From Klebsormidium nitens (taxonomy: Eukaryota > Plantae > Klebsormidiophyceae), in assembly GCA_000708835.1 (NCBI GenBank), contig DF236972.1:248001-312000 (forward strand): 64,000 nucleotides of DNA, written 5' to 3'. The position numbers were made by a program, and so were the translations under genes. Shown one piece after another: positions 1-12,031 of this stretch (position 1 is its first letter; each line of letters opens with the position of its first letter). Under the pieces are notes generated by a model. That model had not been told where the DNA came from. It worked only from the letters and a program-made list of their open reading frames with translations, and searched no databases.

Positions 1-2
1 GA

Positions 3-3000
3 GCCTTTTCCCAGCCCGCCTTCGACTCTCCCCCGGCTCACGACCCCACCCTCCAGATCTTTGCTGACGACTTCGTCCCGCGTGCCGCCAAGCCGCCCAC
101 TGGGAAGGAGAAAACGAGCAGAGGGTTCGGGCCTGTGGCTGGCCCCGAAAACAAAAACAAGGCCTCCGAAAACGGGGCTGGATTTGAGTCGGACGCAGAG
201 AACAGGCCCCCTCCGACCGCGCAAGCCCCCCGCGCCTTTCCAGCTCGCGACATCCAATCCCCGACCGCTCAGGAGTCCGCTCTCCGCCCTCTAAGCGTGG
301 ACCGGATCCAGCAGCTAAACGTCCAGTTCAGTGCCGGCCAGCTAGCGTCTGACTACCCAGAAAGCGAGCAAACGGAGCCCCTGTTTGAAGAAACCGAACC
401 CCTCCCGAACCCGTTCGAGTCAGGCGGGAACCCAGCGGAGGCCGCACTCCGGGTAGCGGGGCAGGGCGAACTAGAGGGGGACGACTTTCAGGTGTGGAGC
501 GACGACCCCACGGAGAGGGCAAGCAACTCGAATGCGCCTCAGCCCGTCAGCTTCTTGAGCAAGCCGAAGCTGCCTAGAGATGACCCTTCAGCCGAGCGGT
601 CTCGTCCTGCTGAGCACCCGGCCTCGTTAGAGACCCCAGTCGCGGGTTTCAGCGGCCGCTTGGAGGGGCGCGGCCTGGGATCGACACGTGGCAGCCAGGC
701 TGAGCCTGACGACAGGGCGGGCAGGGAGGCTGGCGCATGGTCTGACGTCTTCATCCCGGTGAAGTCCCTGGCGAGGTCGCCTGGCAGCGTACAGCGACCA
801 CTGCAAAGCAGAGTGAGTGATGCAGCCTTGTCTCAGCTTCAAGTAACTGGGCTTCTTTAAAGCTGGCTTTCAAATGATCATAGAGCTGTCCCACTTCTAA
901 AGAACTGCCAAGAGGTGCACATGCAGAACTCTAAATCCTTATATGCTGACAACATGTATGGAAGCTGCTCGCTTTGAGATGTCAAAAGCGTCTGCTCTCG
1001 TGAATGCGTTCTAAAGACTGTTCGAAGACGGTTTGGCATCTGCCATTGACGTGCCAACTTTCGGGCTCAACGACTCTGCCTATGGAAGCCTCTGTTTGCG
1101 GAAGTAAAGCTCACTCACTGCGATCCGTTTGACAGTCGAACTTCGTATCAAGACTAGAAAGGTAGCACGTGGCAGTTGTTCTCAAAAGGAAAAATTAGGC
1201 CTGACTCCCTCTTCATCTCGCAGGACGCCTCTATTCGCCCATCCGACTCCGCCCCACAACCAGCCGCACTCCAGCCGCAGCCCCCGGCCCCTAAACTAAA
1301 CCTAACCCCGGGGGTCCCCCTCGACCCGTGGGACCCTGCGCTCATCGCCTCTCTCCTCAACACCCTTAACCCGCCCCTAACCTCCTACGAGGGTTTCGTT
1401 AACCTCGGCGGCGAGAGCTTCGAGGGCGCGTCCGCCCTCCGGCTGGTCAAGCGCAGCGCCAAGAGCGGCGGCGCCATGCTGCAACTAGGGCGGGAGACGT
1501 ACGAGGTGAAGCAGTGCGTCGGGAGCGGCGCGTTCGCGACGGTGTACTTGGCATACCGGATGGACGCAGGGTACACGACGGACCTGATGGACGAGTCGGA
1601 GGATGACGGCATGCTGGCGCTCAAGGTGTGTGGTTTGTTGTATCTTTGATTGGCACAGGCAGTCGCGCGTTTGGCAGTGTGACGCTGAAAATGTCGTCAG
1701 ACACAAAACCAGTTCTTTACCGTTCTCAGATCCATGGAGTGTGACTCCACCAGCTGGAGACGTGTTGTCTTTTTCCTGAAGTCTGCTTCAAATATGAACT
1801 CGCCCTTCCGACTGACTTGCTGTTCGATGACACTGAGAGTGCTAGACAATACCAAGCTCGAAGCACAACTATGATTCTGAACGGGTTCCTGTCAACTTCC
1901 TGAGGCGCTGCATAACTTTCCTCTCTTTCAGTGTTCCGAAGGTCTGTTACTGCTGGTATGACGCCATCCCGACCTCGTCAGAACTGCTCGACAACCCGTT
2001 CCGCCACCCTTTTCGTCGTGAAAAGCTGTTTCATTCAGGATTCTCACAAGATATTTCTCCTTCGCGCCTTCAGGTCCAGCGGCCCGCCTGTCCGTGGGAG
2101 TTCTACATCTACCGCCAGCTGGACGTCCGGATCCCCGCGGCGGAGCGGCGCAGCTTCGGCTCCGCCAAGCGGCTGTTCTGCTACGCCGGAACCAGCGTTC
2201 TGGTCGCCCCCTACGGCGAGCACGGCACTCTGCAGGACCTGGTGAACGCGTACCTGGCGGCCGGCCAAAAGGGCATGGACAGCACCACGGAGGTACGTAC
2301 CGAGTAGCCTAAAGTGCCCTTCGACTCAAAGTGCTCCTACCTTGTGGCTTGTGGATCGCTTGGTTTGGTGTAAGGAGTCGAGGATCAAGTGCAAGTAAGA
2401 TACTATGGCTGAAACACATGTCTCTGAATGTTTCGGGTTTAGGATCCTAATCAATAAGGTGCTTCTAAGCTTCGCAACGTTGCTGGGGCTGTAGGGCACG
2501 TTCGTCAAGCGAAACCTCGCAGCCCAGGTTCGAAGCGTTTAGTATTCTGACACTCAGCTTATCGTGATGGGCATTCGAATCAGCCCGCGCTTTCCTTACG
2601 ATTTTAGTTTCGCAACTCACAAGCAGCTTTGAGGGCTCCGATCTAATCTTTACGGTCACGATATCCTGTCGTTCACCAAGTACTTTCTAAGCTGAAAGCT
2701 GAAGCAACTCTGTGCCGTTCTGCTTGCAGGCTGTCGCTGTCTTCTACACAATCGAGCTCCTCCGCATGCTCGAGGTCCTCCACGAGGCGGGCATCATCCA
2801 CGGGGACTTCAAGCCGGACAACCTGCTCATACGGAACGACTGGTAAGTCTCGCTATGCGGACACTGCTGTCGGTTCGTACAGATAGCAGCAACAATCGCA
2901 AGGTCTGGGATCGTGTGCTGAGCGTACTGTTCGTCAGATTTGTTGCAAATTTACCACAGTCGTCTAGAAATCTTACTTTGGGGTGGCTTAGTTGAATGGG

Positions 3001-4700
3001 TGACGACAGCAATCTGCATCTGGAAGCTCATACCGGATTGCCGTTACATTCAAGATTAGTTCTCTCATGTACAGAGAGCGACTACTAGTCGGACAAATTC
3101 GTACACCAGATAAAGCACCAGATTAAGCCCATTCTTTGTCCCTTTTTCGTCTTCCTCCCGTCCCATCGCTGTAAGGAAAAACAATACTCTCCCATGCAGC
3201 TTTTTCCAGACCTTTAACTTGCTTTTCCTTGATGTCCGCACCCGGCTGATAACCAAACGTCTCACTGCAGCGAGCGGTGGGAGGACTGGGCGCCCGGCCG
3301 GCCTGGCTCGTGGCGCGACAAGGGCCTGACTCTGGTTGACTGGGGGCGCAGCATCGACCTGGCCAGCTTTACCCCGGGGCAGACCTTCTCCGGGGACTGC
3401 ATGACGGAGGCGTTCCGCTGCATCGAGATGGTGGAGAAGCGGCCGTGGAGCTTCCAGGTACGGACACGTGTCTACGTACGGATTCTCTTGTCCGTAATTT
3501 TGAGGTCTGTGCGGACGGGACCTTGAGGAAGCTGGACGGTCCGAACACGGACGAACAGGCTGGGGTTTTAAACAGACTGTCAGGGCGCTTAAGGTTTCTG
3601 ACACAACGTAGGGATGATTTACCTCCAAAGGAGAACTTTATCAACAGCTCTAGGTTCGTACGAAATGACGTAAGCTATTGTCGAGGACGAAGAAGCTTAT
3701 TCAATGCCTGTGCCACGGCCTTTTGCGGTCAGCATCTTCACTAGTCCTCTTCCCAGCAATGCAGTGGACCAGGGACCTCCGTGTTTAAGTTTGTCACGGG
3801 AAAGCAGGCTGCAGAATCGCAATATGTACTTATCAGCACCGGATCAGTACCTCAAAGCACTCAGGCAGCGAATCGCTGGTGCTTCTGCAATCCTGAGACG
3901 GAACCAACGAGCTTTCAGTTCCTTTCTGAAGTGGAAAAGTTTTTGCAGAGTCTCGGTCTCTCTTCGTTTTCAAACAACCCTCCTTCAGAAGCGGTCGGCA
4001 GAAATTCACTGGTTTGAGTAAGAGACAAACTCAAATCCTTGCGCAACCTTTTTGCAGGTTGACACATACGGCCTGTGCACTGTCGTGCACTGCCTGCTGT
4101 TCGGGAGCTACATGGAGGTGGAGAAAATCACGCCGGCAGAGGGCGAAGCGCCCCTGTACCGGCAAAGGGCGCCTCTTAAGCGGTAAGGACCGAGCGAACG
4201 GTTCTGGGTCAAGATCGTCGCTTGTGGCGTAAGTTGTGTTGCAAGGAGAGGGCAGTCTAGTTTCAAAACGGCAGGTTCAACTCCGTTTATGAAAGTATGC
4301 TGGCGCTTGTACAAGCCTGAAAGCACCCTTCACACAAACGACGCTCCTCGAAAGTAGATCCCGTAGGCATAGAATTGGCTTCTTTTGCCGGATTGAGCGC
4401 GATTCCATACTTCTGTGCTGGCGTTCGCTCCGCTGAGTCCCTGAATACGAGTAGGTAGACACTTTGTGCGGCCAGCAAGACTTTCTTAATAACTATCTTT
4501 TATTCTGCAGGTATTGGAACGTGCCGCTATGGCAACGCCTCTTTGACACGCTCCTGAACGTGCCCAGCTGCGACAAGCAGCCCCAGCTGGCTCCCCTCCG
4601 AGAGGCCTTTGAGGAGTATCTGAACACCAAGAGCAAGTCGGTAAAGCCCCTCCTAATCAAGCAGAACATCATGATGTTCGACAGGAAGTCGGACGCGTAG
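3..4700 (+). CDS. BUB1: BUB1/BUBR1-family mitotic checkpoint Ser/Thr kinase, 3' part (5' end outside window). Exons <3-842, 1176-1625, 2074-2292, 2730-2842, 3271-3457, 4058-4182, 4511-4700
   Basis: All junctions are GT-AG and phase-compatible. The spliced product has a long disordered region, then VGSGAFATVY (Gly loop), ALK|VQRPACPWEFYIYRQL, IIHGDFKPDNLL, LVDWGRSIDL, FRCIEMVEKRPWSFQ|VDTYGLC and LKR|YWNVPLW, the motif set of the plant BUB1 kinase domain. Confidence 0.93.
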
Positions 4701-4998
4701 AGGTTTTCGGTCCCAGACACGTAGCCAGTCCCTTGGGACAACGTAACTTATCAAGGCTGAAATTGATGAGACTCGATCGCCCAGGTACAGCTGGTGTAGA
4801 GACTGGCCATTGATGCCTTCTCTGGGAATGTAAGTGGGTTTTGGCAGTGCAGCAGTTTGGTCCAGTTTGTCTGAGTAGCAGTTGCCCAGCTGAACAGAGG
4901 ACCCCAGTCCCGCGAATCCGCACATGTAACTTTCGGCCAGGTTTTGGAAATGACAGAAAGGATTGTCAAGTGCTATCAGTCGGTCTACCATCTCACGT

Positions 4999-5197
4999 GA
5001 TTTCTTGCTTGGCCTGATGATCCAGCAATTTCAACTTCACGAATCGCGGCAGCAATCCACACTCTCGCCGGACTGGTCAATTTGACCTGCACTTTTGGAT
5101 TTCTTGCTTGGCCTGATGATCCAGCAATTTCAACTTCACGAATCGCGGCAGCAATCCACACTCTCGCCGGACTGGTCAATTTGACCTGCACTTTTGG
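4999..5197. repeat. Perfect 99-bp tandem duplication (2 copies)
   Basis: GATTTCTTGCTTGGCC...GACCTGCACTTTTG occurs at 4999-5097 and again, identical, at 5098-5196. Confidence 0.95.
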
Positions 5198-6771
5198 TCT
5201 GAATCAACTTCGCTCTAATTTTCCTTTTGAAACATAAATGAATCGTCATATAATGGTGATCGATTACAAGAAAAAGGTGGCGAGATGCTGTTGGAAAGCT
5301 AGGAAGCACATGCAAATCCGAACAAGTTGGAATAACAACGGCAGCCGACGAGCTATGCTAGTGCAACTGGATCACGGAGTGCACAGTGCGGCCGCCGCGC
5401 CGCGCACATGTACCGGACCGAACGTACCTACCTATATCCTGGCACTGCCGCGCGCCCCGGCCCCCACGGGGCTCATCTGAGTGGCAGGCAGAGCAGCCTG
5501 GCTTGCCATGTCATAAGCCTCGATCGAGGCGCGCCGCCCCTGCGCGGCCCAGGCCTGCTATAGCGCTGAATGGTGCTATGATGTATATCATGAATGACTC
5601 ATACACATGGCTGCGCGCTGGTCATTCGTTTCATGCATGGGCAGTCATGCACTTGTTATGTAAGTATATATGCGCGTGTCGATCAGCGCACATGACGGGA
5701 CCGTCAGCTTGCACATGTACTATAATGTGTGGTGCATGTGCGGCATGACTTATTCCCTGCATGACGGGTGTACGCATACGCACTCCAAGATCATGACATG
5801 TGCTGGCATGAAAAATTGAATTAAGCATTTTTACATAACTTCGGCCGAAGATGTACGTTCTGCCAGGGCCGTCAGCCTGTGCTCAGGACTGTGTCAATAG
5901 CCAGTGGCCGTGCCTGGCCGCGCACATCCACTGAATGTACTAATGTACCGCGCTGGGGCCCTAACACATGTAACGTAATCTATCCGTATGAGGCGCTGCA
6001 TACTTCAGGACCTGAAAACACCATGTGCAGTACTTTAGGTGTATCCGTCTCGAAAATGTACGCGTTCAAAAGAAGATACTGATGCACGACTTCGATGTGT
6101 TTGACCTCTCTATGACGCTCAAGATTGGCCATGGCCGGCTCAGTGGAACTGAGATGCTGCTGTAGTAGCTCAACGCGAAGAGTTGAGCCCAAGTCATCTT
6201 GCCTTGCAAACCCAACCAGTTGCGAGTACACTTTTTTAGAGGAGACAATTACGCCCATGAGAGGCCCATGAGCTAACTCTGCAAAGAGAAGGGCACAGGA
6301 AATCAGAAAATGAGACGTCTGGTAAGGGTCGATTTTAGTTTACAAGTTGCCGGGACTTGAAGAGAAGGCTCTCGCGATCAGAGCGGCTGGCATCTCTGGC
6401 TGACCATTCTCGCTAACGTAAAGGTTGTCCAGGTGTCTGGGCTAGAACACGATCAAATCTGTGGGGCATCATGAGAGTGCCAGTTGCGATACGGTTCGTC
6501 ATTTTCAAGGTGTGGAGGAAGCTTCTAAACGGCAAGAATCGTGGCGGATTCCAAACCGTAAAAGAGAGTGTTGAAAGTTGTGAACTCCCCCTCAGAGTGC
6601 TAGAAGACATGAGAACCTCCCTTATGAGTGCTAGAAGACATGAAAGAAAGCCACCTCCCGAAATTGCATCGAATCACGACCTTATCTTTCCCTTCAAATC
6701 CGAGAAACGGATTGCAAAAGCGTTGAAGTACTCGGACGTACCTGCAAAATAGATGCGACGCTGTACGCGTG

Positions 6772-8974
6772 TCAGACGCCCAGCGCCTTCATCGCCTGTA
6801 GCACCAGCCCCCCGACCGCCACGTATACATCTCCCGCCAGATGCAGCCTCCACACGTCCCCCCATAGCTCTGCGGGCGTATCCCACGTCATGTGTTCCCT
6901 GCTGACGAAAGCTTCCCTCCGGTTACCGCCCAAAACCCGCTCCTTAACCCGCTTCCGGAGGTACTCGTTGAACCGTCGGCAGACGTCGGGCCAGCCGCTG
7001 TTGGGCGGCCCGTTTATGAACAACACGTTGTCTAACCAGACAATCTTCGGAAGCGGAAATTCGGTGCGATCGAGCTCCGCCAGAAACGCGTCGAGCTCCC
7101 GCATGTTCTCCCACTCGCGGCTGTCACCGAAGTGCCAGCAGTTGTGGACGCCCGTCGACAGGACGATGACGTCAGGCAGCGCGCCGGGGCGCAGGCTGGG
7201 GAGCACTTCGTGGAGGAACGTGACGTCATACTCCTCGTGGATGAAGTGCTTCCAGCCGTAGGTTAGGCTAACCGAGGCGCCTGACCCCTGGGTTACCAAG
7301 TCCTCGTGCTCGGCGTGTTCGTTAACCGAGCACGGGGTGTCGTCGAACGGGAGCGGCTTGTAAGGCTTGCGATTGGGTTGCGCACCAGACGACCGGAAGG
7401 TCGACTTGGCTTCCTGCATTTGAGAGTTAGGGGATGAGCACGCGGATTATCGCACGACTGGGTGACTTGAAGTTGGACGAGCGGATAACCAGGAGTTACG
7501 AAATCAAATGAAGCCTTGATGGATTGACTTGGAAAGTTGTCGATCAGGTTTCGGGGGGAATTTCTCACAGGTTCCGGCAGCTTGAACCAGCATCGGTATC
7601 AAACGGAGTGAGTGATCATTTTTTTGCGTCACTCGGTTGCCAGCTGAGACGGGCTAAGTATGAAGCAACGAGAGTGCGAAAGAGAAGACTACTGAGTTCC
7701 AAACGCTCTTGTCAGCTGTTCTTCGATTCCGAGCATAGCACCGATCGACACTTAAAGAATGGGTCGGCTTCTCGCTCGGAACCAAGAAGAGTTACTTTCA
7801 AATCGGCACCATTGTTGGGGTGAGACTTCGTATATCAAGTAGGTTTAGGTTGAAGTGATCAGTAACAGTTTCTCCTGGATTGCAAAGCTCGAGTATCATA
7901 TGCAAGCTCAGAAAGGCGGTCATAGGGATTTCGAGTGATTAAGCCGGGGGGCTCCTTCCCGCCACGATTATTTGCGCAATCGACACGTTTCTCTTTCCAA
8001 ATGAGAAGTCCGCGGTATATCCACGGAGCCCTGCTTAAATTTGATTCTTGACACCGGATGTAATGCAAGCTTAACCCTTCATGATTTTTGACTTCTACCA
8101 CGCTGTTCCTTCTTCTGATACAACGCCAAGACTCACTCACCTGGAAGGAGATGCTCGAGCCCTGGATGCCGTTCAGAAAGGCGGTGAAGATCTGGCGCAT
8201 CGTCGAGTCGCCCCAAAAGTAGACCCACTTCCCGTTCAGCATCTGGTGCGCGAGGCTCGTGTTAAAATTCAAAATTTCCGGAGCGTCCTCCTCCCCATGC
8301 GGACTGCCCATGAACGAGAAACCCTGCCCGTTACTGTTCCGCTCCCAGTTACCCTTGGGCTCAAAAATCAGGTCAGTATCATTAACCCTCATTTTGACCT
8401 CAACGAAATTGGCCGGACTAATCTCGTCCAGTGGGGCAGCTACTGCTGCATCGGTGGTGGTTGTGAGAAAGAGCTCTGGAACCTTGAAGATGTTTGGAAG
8501 CTCAGTGGTTGCAATTTTGACGTCCTCAGCTGAGCTGTTAACAGAATCAGGAGTGGGCTCTTGAAGAGTAAGGCTCTCTGCTGACTTGAAAAGGGCTGAC
8601 GCAATGTCAACCAGCTTCAGCCTATTCCGTGGAAGGAGCGATGGAACCGCCAGGGTGCCATCTCTTTCAACACTCTCCTCTTTATTGTCTGTTGACATAG
8701 AAGCCGTCTCGCTGAGGTCGGTACTGTCTTCAGCTTGGAGAGGTGTCAAAGCAGAGGCGCTTGCACTATACTCTAGCTTCCCAATTTGGCCCTTTATCGC
8801 AGTTGTTGGCCAAGGGACTATCCGGCTCACCACCGTTTCAAACGCCCCGTCGTTTTCCTGGTAAAACTTTGCCGCGACAAACACCATCAGCAGGACAGCT
8901 GGCATGATCATACTGGCGAGCTTTACGGTGCCCATCCCGCTTTTTGAACGCAAGGCATGGCCGGCAGGCTTCAT
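6772..8974 (-). CDS. Type II membrane SGNH/PC-esterase-like protein (TBL/CASD1/NXPE-like O-acyl transferase or esterase). Exons 8974-8141, 7413-6772
   Basis: N-terminal signal anchor (IMPAVLLMVFVAAKFY), Ser/Thr-rich stem, KWVYFWGDSTMRQIF (GDS nucleophile block), phase-0 intron (CAG|GTGAGT ... CTAAC...TGCAG|GAA), PDVIVLSTGVHN, IVW, and C-terminal GDVWRLH. Confidence 0.75.
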
Positions 8975-11795
8975 TTTCTGCTTCGGTCTGACGCCCTGGT
9001 TTTATCCCTCTGCTTGGACTTGCGTCGCCTATTGACCAACCTAAATTGCCCACTGTCTTGTTTCGAATGTTTCTTACTTAATGCAGCTAGGCCAGAAGCA
9101 AAGTTCTTCTGGGCATCCCAGCTTCACAACGGTGAAGGCAGCGCACAGCATTGCCCGACTGACCCCTGACCTAGCAGCAAGACAGGTGGGGCTTTGACTG
9201 GCCTGTGAAGAGGAGTTTGCCGGTCAAAGACTTAACATTGTGCTCCTGCTTCAGCCCGGTGATTGCATGATCGACCTACTGCTCAGATTTCTCATTGCCG
9301 GCATTGCCAATTCAGAGGCAACTGAGGTTGGCGTTACATACTGTCCTCGGAGCGGGAAGTCATAGCCGACATTGTGCAACTGATCGGGGGTCCTGCTAAG
9401 ATTGCTTCCCAGATGGAAACCTGTGTTCGTTTTTGTGACCCTAACAACCTCGGCAATGCATGTGAATAGGGCAGGAATCTGAGCTCATCATATGTTGCTA
9501 AAGGACTCGGACAAACGCCCGGACAAACGCTGTGTTTGTGAGAGCGTTCTGAGCAGCTGCGTGGAACTGCAGCCTGTCTGACAAGCTTCTCATCTCGCCC
9601 CCATAGCTGTTTGTTTGAAACGTTTGCCTCGTGACTTTTGCAATCACCTGCCGCCGTTCCGCAGGCCGCGTTCGGATCTCCAAGCTTGAATCAGTGCGCC
9701 CGGTACAAGAGAACAAGCCCCGATCGACAATCACGAACTAATCATGTCAATCAAGTGCTCAGGCGTTAATGTGTTACCGTGCTTGGACGCTATTAAAATG
9801 CGCCGGGAGCAACCGGCCTATTTGGAGGCGGCGGACCAGTGCATCGACTCAATTGCGGTGAAGAGTACCAACGTATATGAATTGCTACATGACGTACTCT
9901 AGCATAGTATAGATTCATTGTAGTATGGCTGCCTCAGCATTGCGAGCTGGCGAGCTTGAACAGCGTTCAAACAAGTGCCCAAGATCGGCGCTTGGCAGCC
10001 TATCAGCGTCGTTTGAATCGGCTGCTTCTGGGGTCGATGTGATTGGGTGGGAAAGTGGCGTCGTTGTCATTGGGTGTTTTGTCACATGCGCCGCTGCTGC
10101 CAGGGTTGCGCCTCGGTTGCGCCTGACCCGGTACCTCGCTCAATCCAAAAGCATCGACGGTTGACGGGTGTTAAAGCTGAAGTATGGACGGTTCGAACTG
10201 CACCCGGCAGCTCACGCGCGCCAATTTGACGATCAGGGCCGTTGTAGACGGTCATACCAGGTGCAGGCCGGCCGGCATTGAGGCTTTCGAGCTAGGTACA
10301 GTAAGGTTCCGCGTCGACCGAAAACTGCTTGGCTCGCCAGCTTCGGTCCGCGTACAGCTTTGGATAGTACCGCTCCAGCTAAAACTTGTACTAGGTCTGT
10401 ACATTTGTTACCACGTGATCCATTGAAGCGTTCTAATTGGTCGTCACGACCGGGGATGAGCGCTCAGCCATTTCGGTGGACGCGGGATTTAAGTTGTCTA
10501 CTGCCACTGCCAGTCTGCCAGACGTTCCGATGTTGAGCTACCTAGCTAACTTCATAACTTAAAGGCTGGCTCACTACTAGATCGGTTGATTGATACCATA
10601 CATCTTCTCTAGAATAGGTTTAGAAAGTAATTACTTATACCATACATAGTGTCCATTGTTTGAGTCTCCTTATAAGCGTATATGGCGCATTGCGGAAACC
10701 ACTGTCACCGTGGCATGATATTGGGGCCGGCCCGACGACTTCTGCATGAGCCTTTGAGCTGTTCAAGTCGCGGACCGTCACGTCACAGTCACACTGAACT
10801 GCATATGACCGGCCTCAATGACTCTTATTATGTCGTGCGACAGCCTGGCAGGCCTGAGGCGTACAGGGCTGGCGCCCCTGTCGCCGCCGCCGCTGCCACT
10901 CGTGGCTGCCTGATCGCGCGCCGGGCGCGGCCGGCCGGGCTTGAAGCGAGTTGAAATGAAGAATGTTTGATCGCTGCGCATGTTTATCCAATATCATATC
11001 AACAGTGGTTTATATTGATATTATGTTCTGGTTATTGACATATAGCATGATTTCCTGCATTGCATATAGAGGATTGAATTGTTTGGCCGATAAGTTAGCG
11101 CAGCGCTGGCACAAAAAAATCAACAGATTCATGAAATGGAGGAGGGGCCGGTTCGATCGGTTTGATACCTTCGCGGCCTCCTTGATCACGCGCAATGTAT
11201 GCATGCTCTTAATGCGCGCGCATGCATCTACGTTCAACCGAGATTACGTGTACTGCATGGCCCAGTACGTGCCAGGGCGGCGGCATGTATAACATGTGTA
11301 CTGCATGCTCTTGCATGTCAACAAAGTGCCGATTATACTAATTTGCACCACGCGGGCTAGCTACACAGTTCGTCAGGTGCACGGATAGAAACAAGGCTGC
11401 TAGCCTAGCCTGCCATCTCAAGGGCAACCAGATGCGGATTACCATGATGTAGAGGACTGCCAAGTTGCATCAGTGGACTGTGGCTACTACTACCGATTCA
11501 ATTGAACCATCAGGACGACGTAATAAAATGCAACTCATTTCGCAATTGTTTTGATCGTCGAGGGAGTTTTATAGAACTCGGCCTTAACTAGATCGGTCTA
11601 CCTTCAAAAGAGCTCGAAATCAAACCAGAGTCTAGTCCTACGCGCAGGCAAACAGAAATCAAAGTATGATCATCATGCGCTCTTGAAGTGTTTCCTGTTT
11701 CTCAACGTTTTCCTCTCTTAAAGTCTACTTTGTACTGCATGGCCTACTGCATAACACTTACAAAGTTCTTCAATTCTAAGCAAAACACAACCCTT

Positions 11796-12031
11796 TCAAG
11801 CGTCCCGGCTTTGCTCCTCTAGCAAGCGCCGCTCGCGCCGCTTTTCGCGCCAGTCCCTAAACCAGGCCCGGAACAAAATGAACGCGATGCAAGCCAGCAG
11901 AACGGCGACCGCGGAGATGAGAACGGACGCCACGGCAATGGCCGCGGTTCGGACGTCCTTGGACGGCGGCAGCACGCGTTCACCGGTCGGGACTGTGTCC
12001 TGGGGGCCGCGTTGGACGATCAGGAACGTGC
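11796..12031 (-). CDS. Terminal exon of the giant gene: end of GPS-like motif, single TM helix, 24-aa charged cytoplasmic tail
   Basis: GTFLIVQRG...RTAAIAVASVLISAVAVLLACIAFILF-RAWFRDWREKRRERRLLEEQSRDA*; acceptor TTGCAG at 12033-12032. Confidence 0.9.

Noticed and set aside
5112-5202. C/D-box snoRNA-like arrangement (TGATGA ... CTGA) in the second 99-bp copy
   Set aside because: No good terminal stem and no recognisable rRNA/snRNA guide; the D box lies outside the duplicated unit.
5864-5963. Possible 100-bp hAT MITE (CAGGGCC...GGCCCTA)
   Set aside because: TIR of only 7 bp and no 8-bp TSD.
6595-6643. 18-bp direct repeat GAGTGCTAGAAGACATGA x2 (31-bp period)
   Set aside because: Only two copies; a small local duplication, not a CRISPR-like array.
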